A model generated the notes under the pieces. It searched no databases, was not told the origin of the DNA, and saw only the letters and a program-made list of their open reading frames with translations. From a virus: a stretch of DNA of 64,000 bases. Below, piece after piece: positions 29,722-39,908 of this stretch (within the stretch, counting starts at the first letter, position 1; each line of letters starts with the position of its first letter). Position numbers and translations under genes: made by a program. The DNA lies in the IMG/VR virus record IMGVR_UViG_3300025168_000067, positions 8,633 through 72,632 of that record; one strand, 5' to 3'.

Positions 29722-32700
29722 TTAAATTTGTTGGACTACACGCACACAGTGTGGCAGGGTCTATTTTTGATGCCATTGGGTATCCTCAAGAACACATGGA
29801 GTTCTGTTATTCGAATGGCGGTGACGCACTGGCATTAACAGACCACGGCAACATGAATGGGCTATCGTGGCAGGTACTCCACGCGAAGAAGATGAAAGCA
29901 GAAGGCAAAGACTTCAAGCCCATCTTTGGGGTTGAAGCATATTTCACTACGTCTGTTAAGGACTGGCGTGTGGCTTATGATGAAGCAATGGCAGATAAAA
30001 AGAAGTCACGCTCAGCCAAGAAAGATAAACAATCAGGAGCAACAGCAGAAGATGAGGGGGACACAAAAGCCGCACAACCTATCCTTAAACGCCGCCGCCA
30101 CCTAATCCTCCTGGCACAGAACCAGACGGGACTAAATAATCTATACAAGCTAATATCCAAGAGCTATACAGACGAGTACTTTTATCGGTACCCGCGTATG
30201 GACTATGATCTATTGAGAGAACACTCAGAGGGGGTTATAGCAGCTTCTGCATGTCTAGGTGGGGTGTATGCTGGAAACTACTGGGAGAACCGTGACACGG
30301 GCCAAGGAGCCGTTTTAGATGCTATGCGGGAGACAACCATAGAAATGCAATCGATCTTTGGAGATCGCTGGTATGCAGAACTCCAGTGGAATAACATTCC
30401 TGAGCAACATGAACTAAATAAGTACATTATTCAAATTGCAAAAGAGTTTGATCTTAAAATGATCTCAACCGCAGACAGCCACTATCCTAGTCCTGAAGCT
30501 TGGAAGGATCGTGAGATGTATAAGCAACTTGGTTGGCTTGGCAAAGGAAAACCCAAGTGGAAGACCGACGCCGAGGACGAAGAGGAGAAGAGTGTTATTC
30601 CAGAGAACACAGACGTTATTGGATATGAACTCTATCCGAAGAATGGCGACCAGATGTGGGAGAGTTATAAGCACTACTCCGAGACACAGGGCGTTGAGTA
30701 TGACGATGACCTTGTTTTGCAGAGCATCGAAGAGACATATCGTATCGCTCACGAACGCATCGAAAGTTTTATGCCGGACACAACCGTTCGTCTGCCAGAC
30801 TTTGTCGTGCCAGAGGGTGCCACCGCCACGCAAGCACTCGTTCGCTACGCTATCGATGGTCTGCGAGAACTAAAGCTTCACACGAACGACGAATATGTTC
30901 AGCGACTGAAGCATGAGCTTGACGTTATTGACAGCCGCGGCTTCAGCAAGTATTTCCTCACGATGAAAGCCATTGTAGATGAGGCTGCAGAGGTAATGCT
31001 CGTTGGCCCTGGTCGCGGTAGTGCTTGCGGATCACTGGTGGCATATGCGCTGAAGATCACACAGATAGATCCCATCAAATATGCTTTGCCCTTCGAGCGC
31101 TTTCTACGCTCAGATGCGACAGACTATCCTGATATCGATACAGATGTGTCTGCACCAATGGAACTGAAGGAGCGCCTGATCGAGAAGTGGGGAGAAGACA
31201 GAGTAGCACCTATTTCTAACTGGAATACGCTCCAATTAAAGTCGCTTATTAAAGACATTTCAAAGTTGTATGACATTCCATTTTCGGAAGTTAATAACGT
31301 GACAAGTGCGATGATGAACGAGGCCATCGGCCCCGCTAAGCAGCGCCATGGTATTAGCGCTGGTGTATATGTTCCAACCTGGGAAGAGGTGTTGGAGTTT
31401 TCTACATCGCTGAGATCATTCTTGGCTCAACATCCCGAGGTTCAGGAGCGGGTTCAAGGGCTTGTAGGACAGGTGAGAAGCTGCAGCCGTCACGCCGGCG
31501 GTCTGTTAGTATCGGAGAACCTGAACGAGAACATGCCTCTCATCAACAGTGGCGGTGTGCGCCAGTCGCCATGGGCTGAGGGCCAGAACGTACGTCACCT
31601 TGAGCCGATGGGCTTCATTAAGTTTGATCTGCTTGGGCTTTCAACATTGAAGATGATCGAAGGTTGCATCGAACACATCCTCCGACGCCACCATGGGGTA
31701 GAAGAATGTACGTTTGAACAGGTTCGAAACTATTATAACGAGAAACTGCACCCAGATGTGTTAGACTTAAATGATCAATCGGTTTATAAGCACGTGTTTC
31801 ATAGGGGCAACTTTGCCGGCACGTTCCAATTCACCAACGACGGAGCACAGGACTTCTGCAAGAACGTAAAGCCGACGAATATCGCAGAGATTTCAGCGGT
31901 GACCTCTATCTTTCGTCCTGGTCCGTTGTCAGCCAAGGTGCATGACCAATATATTGCAGCCAAGGACGGCCACACTGCCATTGAATGGTACCACCCTATC
32001 TTCAAGGAGATCACAGAGGAGAGTTACGGACATGTTATCTATCAGGAGCAGATCAGTGAGATCACACACAGGATAGGAAAGGATATTTCCCGAGATGATG
32101 GTAACACGATCCGCAAGCTGCTCACAAAGAAGGGCACTGGAAAGGAACATCTTCTACTAAAGTTTCGAGAGCAGTTCATCGAGGGTGCTAGTGAGAAGGG
32201 CATGTCAATTCGCACAGCAGAAGAGATTTGGGACTTGATGGCAGGGTTCGCTAAGTATGGTTTTTCTAAGAACCACGCGACAGCATACAGTATCATCTCT
32301 TACCAGTGTGCTTGGTTATGGAAGAAGTATCCCAGCGAGTGGGCCGCAGCATTCCTTGATAAAGAGCCTGAGAAGAGAAAGGAAAAGGCTATCAATGCAG
32401 CTAAGAGCCATGGCTTTAGGATCGAACCACTCGATATTAATAAGTCAGGTATTGTGTGGGAGATCAGCGAAGACGGTAAGACTCTTATCCAACCGCTGAC
32501 ATCTATCAAGGGTCTTGGTATGTCAGCCATCGAACAGATATTAGAGAACCGTCCGTTTATGAATGCAGAGGATTTATTGTTCCGAGAAGGAGTGTCATAT
32601 AGCAAGTTCAATAAGAAGGCACTGGATGCTCTGTGTAGGGGCGGCGCCCTAGATAATTTGGTGGATAACCGCTTCACTGGCCGAAAGCATTTTTGGAGTG

Positions 32701-33152
32701 CCTGTGTTGTAGAGCGCCCAAAAAATCTCAAGAAGTTTTTGGAGAATTTGGAAATATACGAACCAGAGGGCGACTTTACAGAAGAAGAAGTTATTCAGTT
32801 CAAAACAGACTTAACCGGAATCTTTCCGATGAACCTTGTGATGAGCGCCGAAATGATCGAGAAACTAAAAGAGAAATTTATTCCACCTATTTCTGAATTT
32901 GATCCAGAATTGCAAGTATGCTGGTTTATACCTCGAAAAATTGTGCCTCGCAAGACAAAAAATGGAAAGACTTATTGGATACTTGAGGTGATAGACTCTA
33001 ACAACGAACTAACTAAGATAAGGTGCTGGGGAGTAAAACCTGAAAAAGATCGTATTCATATCAACAGGCCGTATATGAGCCGGCTGGATTATAACGAACA
33101 ATGGGGGTTCTCAACTAGATCTATTAAATATAACTTTCGATTAATGGGATAA
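29718..33152 (+). CDS. dnaE: DNA polymerase III alpha subunit (family C)
   Basis: PHP LHAHS/ALTDHG/GVEAY, GPGRGSACGSLV, FERFL, YPDIDTD, HAGG, KFDLLGL, YGFSKNHA. Confidence 0.96.
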   Translation: MIKFVGLHAHSVAGSIFDAIGYPQEHMEFCYSNGGDALALTDHGNMNGLSWQVLHAKKMKAEGKDFKPIFGVEAYFTTSVKDWRVAYDEAMADKKKSRSAKKDKQSGATAEDEGDTKAAQPILKRRRHLILLAQNQTGLNNLYKLISKSYTDEYFYRYPRMDYDLLREHSEGVIAASACLGGVYAGNYWENRDTGQGAVLDAMRETTIEMQSIFGDRWYAELQWNNIPEQHELNKYIIQIAKEFDLKMISTADSHYPSPEAWKDREMYKQLGWLGKGKPKWKTDAEDEEEKSVIPENTDVIGYELYPKNGDQMWESYKHYSETQGVEYDDDLVLQSIEETYRIAHERIESFMPDTTVRLPDFVVPEGATATQALVRYAIDGLRELKLHTNDEYVQRLKHELDVIDSRGFSKYFLTMKAIVDEAAEVMLVGPGRGSACGSLVAYALKITQIDPIKYALPFERFLRSDATDYPDIDTDVSAPMELKERLIEKWGEDRVAPISNWNTLQLKSLIKDISKLYDIPFSEVNNVTSAMMNEAIGPAKQRHGISAGVYVPTWEEVLEFSTSLRSFLAQHPEVQERVQGLVGQVRSCSRHAGGLLVSENLNENMPLINSGGVRQSPWAEGQNVRHLEPMGFIKFDLLGLSTLKMIEGCIEHILRRHHGVEECTFEQVRNYYNEKLHPDVLDLNDQSVYKHVFHRGNFAGTFQFTNDGAQDFCKNVKPTNIAEISAVTSIFRPGPLSAKVHDQYIAAKDGHTAIEWYHPIFKEITEESYGHVIYQEQISEITHRIGKDISRDDGNTIRKLLTKKGTGKEHLLLKFREQFIEGASEKGMSIRTAEEIWDLMAGFAKYGFSKNHATAYSIISYQCAWLWKKYPSEWAAAFLDKEPEKRKEKAINAAKSHGFRIEPLDINKSGIVWEISEDGKTLIQPLTSIKGLGMSAIEQILENRPFMNAEDLLFREGVSYSKFNKKALDALCRGGALDNLVDNRFTGRKHFWSACVVERPKNLKKFLENLEIYEPEGDFTEEEVIQFKTDLTGIFPMNLVMSAEMIEKLKEKFIPPISEFDPELQVCWFIPRKIVPRKTKNGKTYWILEVIDSNNELTKIRCWGVKPEKDRIHINRPYMSRLDYNEQWGFSTRSIKYNFRLMG

Positions 33153-33158
33153 ACAACA

Positions 33159-33764
33159 ATGAACATCATCAAATATTTTTCACCACTCTTAAAAGAGCCA
33201 GAACTTAAAACAGACCTACCGGTTGTATTACGGGTGAGGAAGTTTGATGATGCCGCGGCAAAGGAGTTCTCAAGTCTAATATCGAGAGCCCAGAACACGG
33301 GACAACCAGTTATCCCAATAATAATAGATAGTTACGGTGGCCAGGTGTATAGTTTGATGTCTATGATCTCAGATATTAAGCATTCGAAGGTTTCTGTTGC
33401 CACTATCGTTCAGGGTAAAGCCATGTCTTGTGGGGCAATATTGGCGAGTTTTGGAGAGGAAGGCATGCGATATATGGATCCGGATGCGACTTTCATGATT
33501 CATGATGTGAGTTCGATGGCATGGGGAAAGGTAGAAGAGGTTAAAGTGAGCGCCGATGAAACTGACCGCCTTAACACAAAGATATACACGATGATGGCAG
33601 AAAACTGTGGTCATCACAAGGAGTATTTCCTTGACATAGTTCATGAGAAGGGCCACGCTGACTGGTTTCTAGAAGCTGACGAATGTAAAAAACATAACCT
33701 AGCCAACCATCTATTTATACCAGAACTAAAGATTAAGACAAAGGTTGAATTTGACTTTGGATAG
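33159..33764 (+). CDS. clpP: ClpP-like protease 1
   Basis: IDSYGG, GKAMSCG (Ser), FMIHD (His), ADWFLEA (Asp). Confidence 0.85.
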   Translation: MNIIKYFSPLLKEPELKTDLPVVLRVRKFDDAAAKEFSSLISRAQNTGQPVIPIIIDSYGGQVYSLMSMISDIKHSKVSVATIVQGKAMSCGAILASFGEEGMRYMDPDATFMIHDVSSMAWGKVEEVKVSADETDRLNTKIYTMMAENCGHHKEYFLDIVHEKGHADWFLEADECKKHNLANHLFIPELKIKTKVEFDFG

Positions 33765-33775
33765 GGGGACTCAGT

Positions 33776-34522
33776 GTGGCGGTTTCAGCAAAACTTAGAT
33801 GGAAGCGCTATATTAACGAACTTCGGTTTATCAATGAAGAACTCGACTTCGTAAAGGAGATTAACAGAGCAGCTTCCCGAGAGTTTCAAGCCCATTATGA
33901 AGATTATTGTATTAAAAATGAGATTGATCTTGCTGAGTTAAATAAAAAGAACAGCGAGAAAATTAAAAAGTCATACCAAGGAGAGGGCACACCCCAGGAC
34001 GACCAGCAGTATGCCCAACTTGACGCCGGTATAGATGGATCTCTCGTAATTCACAGTGCTCCCTCCGAGCAACAAATAAGTAGCGAGAACCAAGAGGAAT
34101 ACCCGCAACAACTTGGTGACTATCAAATGTCCAAGGACGAGCAAGAAATTCATGATGTATTCAATAGAGTGTTTAGAAAGATAGCACTTTTGATTCACCC
34201 AGATAAATTGGATGAAAACTTGACAGCTGAGGAAAGAGACGTTAAATTAAACATGTTCAAAGAAGCAAAGACCGCGTTGGAAGAACGCAAGTATTTTATT
34301 ATTCTTGACATCGCAGAAAAGTTTAATATCACAACCCCTAAAAACTATAAACAGCAAATTCGCTGGATGAAGAAAGAGACCAGTACATTGAACCAAGAAC
34401 TTTCAAAAGAGAAGAACACATACAATTACATCTTCTCCGAATGCGACAGTGATCGTGAGAGAGACCATGTTGTAAAAAGGTTTATGTCTCAGCTGTTTGG
34501 TCCTCAAGTTTTTGACAAATAG
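33776..34522 (+). CDS. J-domain (DnaJ-like) protein
   Basis: FRKIALLIHPDKL with the HPD motif, flanked by coiled-coil regions. Confidence 0.75.
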   Translation: MAVSAKLRWKRYINELRFINEELDFVKEINRAASREFQAHYEDYCIKNEIDLAELNKKNSEKIKKSYQGEGTPQDDQQYAQLDAGIDGSLVIHSAPSEQQISSENQEEYPQQLGDYQMSKDEQEIHDVFNRVFRKIALLIHPDKLDENLTAEERDVKLNMFKEAKTALEERKYFIILDIAEKFNITTPKNYKQQIRWMKKETSTLNQELSKEKNTYNYIFSECDSDRERDHVVKRFMSQLFGPQVFDK

Positions 34523-34525
34523 TAC

Positions 34526-34554
34526 TTGACAGCACCCCCGTGTGTTGTTATAAT
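34526..34554 (+). promoter_or_regulatory. Consensus sigma70 promoter
   Basis: TTGACA-N17-TATAAT with TG extension; strong SD AAGGAGG downstream. Confidence 0.85.
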
Positions 34555-34592
34555 ATAAGAGTAAGAAAGACCTAAACCCGTAAGGAGGGAAA

Positions 34593-34844
34593 ATGGCATC
34601 ATCACACGACGAGAAGAAGCAATACGTTAAGGAGTACATTCGTTCGCTATCAGCGATTGAAGAGTGCATCGAGCCTTACCAAGAACAAAAGCGCGAGCTA
34701 CGTTCAGAATTCCGCCAGAACGGCTGGCTAAATACAGATGAGATTCGAGCAGCAGTGAAAGCATATCGTTTGTTCCGTGGTAACTTCAACATTGACGAGG
34801 TAGTCGATAATTTTAAGACTATTTCTGGAGGAGACAGCTCTTGA
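34593..34844 (+). CDS. Small dsDNA-binding protein (GapR/T4 DsbA-like)
   Basis: Helical pattern KEYIRSL..IEE..EQKREL..E...G.....IRAAVK resembles that family. Confidence 0.45.
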   Translation: MASSHDEKKQYVKEYIRSLSAIEECIEPYQEQKRELRSEFRQNGWLNTDEIRAAVKAYRLFRGNFNIDEVVDNFKTISGGDSS

Positions 34845-35299
34845 TCATCCAATACGCCAAGACACACCCATCGGCGCAGACACCTGTACGGGCAAACCCT
34901 TCTGACGCCGGCCTCGATGTATTTTACTCACCAGTAGATGAGCACTTAAAGGTACTCATCGCCCCCAGCACCAGTCGTGTCATTCCAACAGGGCTTAAGT
35001 TCGAGGTACCCCATGGTTTTATGCTTGAAGTGAAAAACCGCTCAAGTGTCGCGGCCAAGAGAAGTTTGCTGGTGGGGGCGTGTGTCGTAGATAGTGGATA
35101 TAGCGGTGAAGTATTTGTAAATCTTCACAATGTTGGCGTTGAGAGTCAGTCTATCAAAGCCGGTGATAAGATAGCACAACTGGTAATGGTGCCGGTTCTG
35201 CATCCGCGACCGGTAGAAACGTATGAACGTGAGCTATATGCATCAGCTGTCACTATTAGCGATAGGGGTGACGGAGCTTTGGGAAGTACAGATGAATAA
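34841..35299 (+). CDS. dut: Trimeric dUTPase
   Basis: DAGLD, NRSS, CVVDSGYSGE, GDKIAQLV, RGDGALGST. Confidence 0.93.
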   Translation: MIIQYAKTHPSAQTPVRANPSDAGLDVFYSPVDEHLKVLIAPSTSRVIPTGLKFEVPHGFMLEVKNRSSVAAKRSLLVGACVVDSGYSGEVFVNLHNVGVESQSIKAGDKIAQLVMVPVLHPRPVETYERELYASAVTISDRGDGALGSTDE

Positions 35300-35945
35300 T
35301 AAGCAAAAAAGAACTTATGAAATTTTAAATGAACTAAAAGAAAGTATTATTAATAGTTCGCTGATGTTGTCTGATGCTCATCGTGATGGAAGGATCAACT
35401 CTGCCCATGATGAAGACATAATTGTTGATTGGCTGCGCAACGCTGGATTTGGGAAGAAGGTCTTTTTAACAAGTGACGATTTGAATATATCGAACCGATG
35501 TTGGTGGGATATCTGGATAGTTGAAACAGACACACCAGTCAATATCAAGAGCGCTACCCACAAAACTGCAGACAACGCATGTAATTTCCTATCGTTATTG
35601 TGGGCTTTGACTGATGTAGAGGTCCAGCGCGCCCGATGTCCAAACGCCGGAAAAGATACAATGCAGTATATTGATATGATGAACTCCATAGTCGATGAAA
35701 ATAGCAGCCGAGATTATTGGTTTTTTTCTGTCAATAAAAATGATACATCCGATGTGATTATAACGTCGATTAGAAATCTAAATCATGCTACAACAAACTG
35801 TAACAACCTACCATTTCAGATTAACTGGAAAAAGAATCAAGAACTAAAGTTACGTACCGTTCCTGAAGCACGCACCTTTTATAATGATATTCTCAGAGAA
35901 ACTTTTGAAAAAGATTGGAGAATGAACCTTTATGAAGCCTTATAG
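35292..35945 (+). CDS. Putative type II restriction endonuclease
   Basis: E..WDIWI..PVNIKS PD-(D/E)xK-like pattern; coupled to a methyltransferase gene. Confidence 0.5.
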   Translation: MNNKQKRTYEILNELKESIINSSLMLSDAHRDGRINSAHDEDIIVDWLRNAGFGKKVFLTSDDLNISNRCWWDIWIVETDTPVNIKSATHKTADNACNFLSLLWALTDVEVQRARCPNAGKDTMQYIDMMNSIVDENSSRDYWFFSVNKNDTSDVIITSIRNLNHATTNCNNLPFQINWKKNQELKLRTVPEARTFYNDILRETFEKDWRMNLYEAL

Positions 35946-37098
35946 AGTTGAGTCATTGGGACAAGTATTCACAACTGATGAGGTTGTTGATAGAATGTTG
36001 TCTTTACGTACAAATTCTGGTTCCATTCTGGAGCCTTCTTGTGGTCAAGGTGCCTTTTGGGGGAAACTGTCAGCCAAAGAGGATTCTTATGCGATAGAGA
36101 TAGACCCAACTGTGTGTCCCGCGGGAGCAATCACTGGTGACTTTTTTGAACACAAGTTTGAAAGAAAATTTGACACTATTATAGGCAACCCCCCATACGT
36201 TAAATTTAAGAATATATTACCAACGACTTTAGAATTTTTGGATATCGATAGCTATGATAAGAGAACGAATTTATATGTGTTCTTTATTGATAAATGTATA
36301 GATATGCTAGGAGACAATGGAGAGATCATTTTTGTGACTCCCCGAGGGTTCATAAATGCAACTTCGTGCGCACACCTTAATGAAAAGATATATAAGCATG
36401 GCACAATAACCCATTTTTATGACTATGGAGATGAGATGTTGTTTAAAGGGTTTTCCCCTAACTGTGCTATTTGGAGGTTTCAGAAAAATTGCTTCACACA
36501 TAAAACAGAAACGAATGATGGCGCCAAAAACATGAACCTGCACCACGGACAGCTAATTTTTTCAGATGAAACGTTTAAGCACAAGTTGGGCGATTTCTTT
36601 TATGTTAAAGTAGGTGCTGTAAGTGGTTTAGATTCTATTTTCTGTGATCCCAGCGGAGACTCAGACTTTGTGGGCTCTTTCACGCGCAAGACATCGAAAC
36701 TAAAACGGTACCACTATGAAAAACCTAAACAAAACCTGTTATCCCAGAAAGATAAGCTTTTAAATCGAAAAATTAAAACATTCACAGAGGAAAACTGGTG
36801 GCACTGGGGTCGCGACTATCACAAATCCGAATCGGAAAGAATATATGTTAATTGTAAAACCAGACAAGAGGAGCCCTTTTTCACAAATAGTTGTAAAAAG
36901 TATGATGGTTCAGTCTTGGCAATATTTCCAAGAAATAAGGATGTTGATTTGTTGAACACAACAAGAGCACTAAACTCAATTGACTGGAATGAGTTCGGAT
37001 TTATGGTCGGCAACCGATATATGTTTTCCCAGAAATCACTAGAAAATCTCCCCATCACCGAAAGTTTTATAAACAATATAAGGATAACAAATGAATAA
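35932..37098 (+). CDS. N6-adenine DNA methyltransferase (gamma class)
   Basis: LGQVFT, ILEPSCGQGAF (motif I), IIGNPPY (motif IV), NLYVFFI, C-terminal TRD. Confidence 0.9.
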   Translation: MKPYRVESLGQVFTTDEVVDRMLSLRTNSGSILEPSCGQGAFWGKLSAKEDSYAIEIDPTVCPAGAITGDFFEHKFERKFDTIIGNPPYVKFKNILPTTLEFLDIDSYDKRTNLYVFFIDKCIDMLGDNGEIIFVTPRGFINATSCAHLNEKIYKHGTITHFYDYGDEMLFKGFSPNCAIWRFQKNCFTHKTETNDGAKNMNLHHGQLIFSDETFKHKLGDFFYVKVGAVSGLDSIFCDPSGDSDFVGSFTRKTSKLKRYHYEKPKQNLLSQKDKLLNRKIKTFTEENWWHWGRDYHKSESERIYVNCKTRQEEPFFTNSCKKYDGSVLAIFPRNKDVDLLNTTRALNSIDWNEFGFMVGNRYMFSQKSLENLPITESFINNIRITNE

Positions 37099-37564
37099 AT
37101 CAACACAAAAGACAATGTTTAGCTCCGCCACCGGCGACTGGGCAACCCCACAAGACTTTTATGATAAGCTTAACTGGCGGTTTGGAACATTCGATCTCGA
37201 TCCCTGTGCCAGCCCATATAATACAAAGTGCCCTAACTTCTTCACAGAAGTAGAAGATGGTTTGTCAAAGGATTGGGAAGGGCACACAGTGTTTGTCAAT
37301 CCCCCCTATGGAAGAGGCATTGACAGGTGGATTGAAAAGGGATATCGCGAGTCGCTGAAACCACACACAAAGGTGGTTATGCTCATTCCGGCAAGAACAG
37401 ACACCAAGTATTGGCATAAATATGTTATGCTAGCATCAGAATTGTACTTCGTCAAGGGCCGCTTAAAGTTTGGAGATAGTACAAACAGCGCCCCATTTCC
37501 ATCAGCAGTGGTGGTGTTTGATGGTGAAAGCAAGCAACAAGTCTTCGGCGCAATGAACCGATAA
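37091..37564 (+). CDS. Phage Dam-type DNA N6-adenine methyltransferase
   Basis: WATPQ, FDLDPCA, DGL..DW, FVNPPY, LIPARTDT, GRLKF, APFPS. Confidence 0.9.
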   Translation: MNKSTQKTMFSSATGDWATPQDFYDKLNWRFGTFDLDPCASPYNTKCPNFFTEVEDGLSKDWEGHTVFVNPPYGRGIDRWIEKGYRESLKPHTKVVMLIPARTDTKYWHKYVMLASELYFVKGRLKFGDSTNSAPFPSAVVVFDGESKQQVFGAMNR

Positions 37565-37594
37565 ATAACCCAACAATAAAAAAGGAAAACAATA

Positions 37595-37930
37595 GTGGCT
37601 AAAGAAACATCAGATGCAGCAATTTTACAATTGCGCGCCAAAGCCCTTGAGGCATTTGGTATTATTAAGGATATTTATGCGAGACCAGCAGAAGAAGGCG
37701 ATGTAGATAAGATCGCCAATCAAGCACTCAAGCTGGCACAGTATGAAGGTGCGATGCTAACACTTCAACAGTATTTTGGCCAGGCCGAACAGCCTCCGGG
37801 CCCACCACCCGAACCTGAACAACCTCCGATGGTTGTAACAGAAGAGATGTCGTCGACCCTTCGTAGAACAAATTCTGTAAAGAAGAAGCGGCCCCCCCGC
37901 AAGAAGAAGATAGAAGAAGGCGAAGAATGA
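37595..37930 (+). CDS. Hypothetical protein
   Basis: SD plus GTG start, co-oriented; Pro-rich and basic tail. Confidence 0.55.
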   Translation: MAKETSDAAILQLRAKALEAFGIIKDIYARPAEEGDVDKIANQALKLAQYEGAMLTLQQYFGQAEQPPGPPPEPEQPPMVVTEEMSSTLRRTNSVKKKRPPRKKKIEEGEE

Positions 37931-38208
37931 ACCGCAAGACCCGGAGAGCAATGGAAAGGGAAGTGGGACAAGATTCCACAGAAAATCTTACCCAAAAAAT
38001 TTCCCAATTTGGTAAGCTACCATCGCAATGTTCCGCATGCAAAGAACCATTTGACAAGCAAAACCGTGAAATGTTAGCATCATGGAGCGTTGTAGTGAAA
38101 CAAGAAACAGTGCGATTATTCTGTCCGCACTGCATTAAGAGAACACAGGAGGCAATTGATAATGTCAGTGAAAAGATTAACAACACCGTCGCTTCAGAAA
38201 CTGATTAG
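37927..38208 (+). CDS. Hypothetical Zn-ribbon protein
   Basis: CSAC...CPHC. Confidence 0.6.
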   Translation: MNRKTRRAMEREVGQDSTENLTQKISQFGKLPSQCSACKEPFDKQNREMLASWSVVVKQETVRLFCPHCIKRTQEAIDNVSEKINNTVASETD

Positions 38209-38527
38209 TGGCAAGATAGAAGAGAGCGCCACGTGCGTCATAAAGTTTTATTCGAGTGGGTGCAATTATTGCCACAACTTGAAAGAATATTATGAGGATA
38301 TATCAAACAATGAAAATTATTCCGGCATGCACTTTTTCGCATTTAATGTGGATGACTATCCGCAAATAGAGCAGCAACTAAAGTTTACCGGTGTCCCAAC
38401 CATTTCATTAATCAGGACCGGTCACAAGAATCAAAAGATTCGAATAATGCCAGAGCCAGAAAACCCAAATGAAAAGACGTGGTATGCGTCGAATGACATT
38501 AAAAAGTTTATCGAGAGAAACGAATGA
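38162..38527 (+). CDS. Thioredoxin-like protein
   Basis: KFYSSGCNYC, FNVDD, GVPT. Confidence 0.8.
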   Translation: MSVKRLTTPSLQKLISGKIEESATCVIKFYSSGCNYCHNLKEYYEDISNNENYSGMHFFAFNVDDYPQIEQQLKFTGVPTISLIRTGHKNQKIRIMPEPENPNEKTWYASNDIKKFIERNE

Positions 38528-39555
38528 ATAATTGCTTATCATATGATGACGTACTGCTTGTCCCAAAATACTCCGACATTCGATCACGCAGCGAGATCAA
38601 TATTTCGACCGATCTGGGAAAAAATCTTGTATTAGAGTTACCCATCATTGCCTCACCAATGGACACTATCTCGGAGTCCCCAATGGCAATCGTTATGTCA
38701 AAACATGGCGGTGCAGCTGTACTCCATCGATATAACAGCATCACCGAACAAGCAAGGATGAATTCTTATGCGCGAGACGCGTCAAAAGAAGACAATCCGA
38801 TCGTCGGCGCCGCTATCGGAACTACCGGCGATTACATCGAGCGCGCTGCAGCCCTAGTTGCAACTGGTGTTACGTTCTTGTGTGTCGACGTGGCCCATGG
38901 TCACCATATTTTGATGCGGGAAGCACTCGGTGCCTTACGAGTCGCATTCGGTGATGACATCCACATCATGGCCGGCAACGTCGCCACTCTCGAAGGGGTT
39001 AATGACCTCGCGGACTGGGGAGCAGATAGCGTACGCTGCAACATTGGTGGTGGGTCTATCTGTTCCACTCGCATTCAAACAGGGCATGGCATGCCGGGTC
39101 TTCAGACTGTGATTGAGTGCGCTAAAACTGACCGCAACGTTAAAATTATTGCCGACGGCGGGATCCGTAACTCCGGAGACATCGTAAAGGCCTTGGCCGC
39201 TGGTGCTGACGCTGTAATGTGTGGCTCTCTGTTGGCCGGCACTAACGAGACACCTGGCAAAGTTATCGACGATGGCTCTGGCAATAGGTGGAAGGTATAC
39301 CGTGGTATGGCTTCGAAGGAAGCCCAGGTCGAGTGGCGAGGCAAATTCTCATCGTTTGAGGGTGTCTCCTCCACCGTACCATATCGAGGTGGTGTTAAAC
39401 ATATACTAGCAGACCTTGAGCGAGGTATCCGTTCTGGCTTATCATACAGTGGCGCTAGAACTATCTCAGAATTCCACAGCGTAGCAGAGTTCGTTCAACA
39501 AACATCTTCTGGATTATCTGAGAGCCACACTCATATTGTTGGGCGGAAGTGGTGA
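38524..39555 (+). CDS. IMP dehydrogenase / GMP reductase family (no CBS domains)
   Basis: [53 protein letters not shown]. Confidence 0.92.
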   Translation: MNNCLSYDDVLLVPKYSDIRSRSEINISTDLGKNLVLELPIIASPMDTISESPMAIVMSKHGGAAVLHRYNSITEQARMNSYARDASKEDNPIVGAAIGTTGDYIERAAALVATGVTFLCVDVAHGHHILMREALGALRVAFGDDIHIMAGNVATLEGVNDLADWGADSVRCNIGGGSICSTRIQTGHGMPGLQTVIECAKTDRNVKIIADGGIRNSGDIVKALAAGADAVMCGSLLAGTNETPGKVIDDGSGNRWKVYRGMASKEAQVEWRGKFSSFEGVSSTVPYRGGVKHILADLERGIRSGLSYSGARTISEFHSVAEFVQQTSSGLSESHTHIVGRKW

Positions 39556-39908
39556 CCGTTAAAAAAAGAAATGATGATGGTTTAGAACATGGTGAGTATG
39601 GGGGTCTCTCTAAGAGAGTTGCTTTCGACATAACCGACCACAAGCAGGCAAAACTCATTATTAAACTAAAGAATGAAAGAATGACGCAAGCCGGCTTCTT
39701 TCGGCACATTGTAAATGGATATATTGGTGGCGATGAAAGGATTTTGGACTACATCGATGAAGTTAAGAAAAAGAAAAGCGTACCAAGAACAGAGAAATCA
39801 AAGAAACTAAGAGGGATGGGGAAAAAAATAATGAATGACCTGGCTTTAAACGATGGAGAAATAGAAAATATATTTGATCTACTATCGCGCGAGCACCCTG
39901 ACTTATGA
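39549..39908 (+). CDS. Hypothetical basic protein
   Basis: Co-oriented and translationally coupled ORF. Confidence 0.5.
   Translation: MVTVKKRNDDGLEHGEYGGLSKRVAFDITDHKQAKLIIKLKNERMTQAGFFRHIVNGYIGGDERILDYIDEVKKKKSVPRTEKSKKLRGMGKKIMNDLALNDGEIENIFDLLSREHPDL

Noticed and set aside
22847-33152. Inteins or introns in the helicase, RNR or DnaE
   Set aside because: Lengths are normal, catalytic motifs are contiguous, and no intein splice-junction or homing endonuclease motifs were seen.
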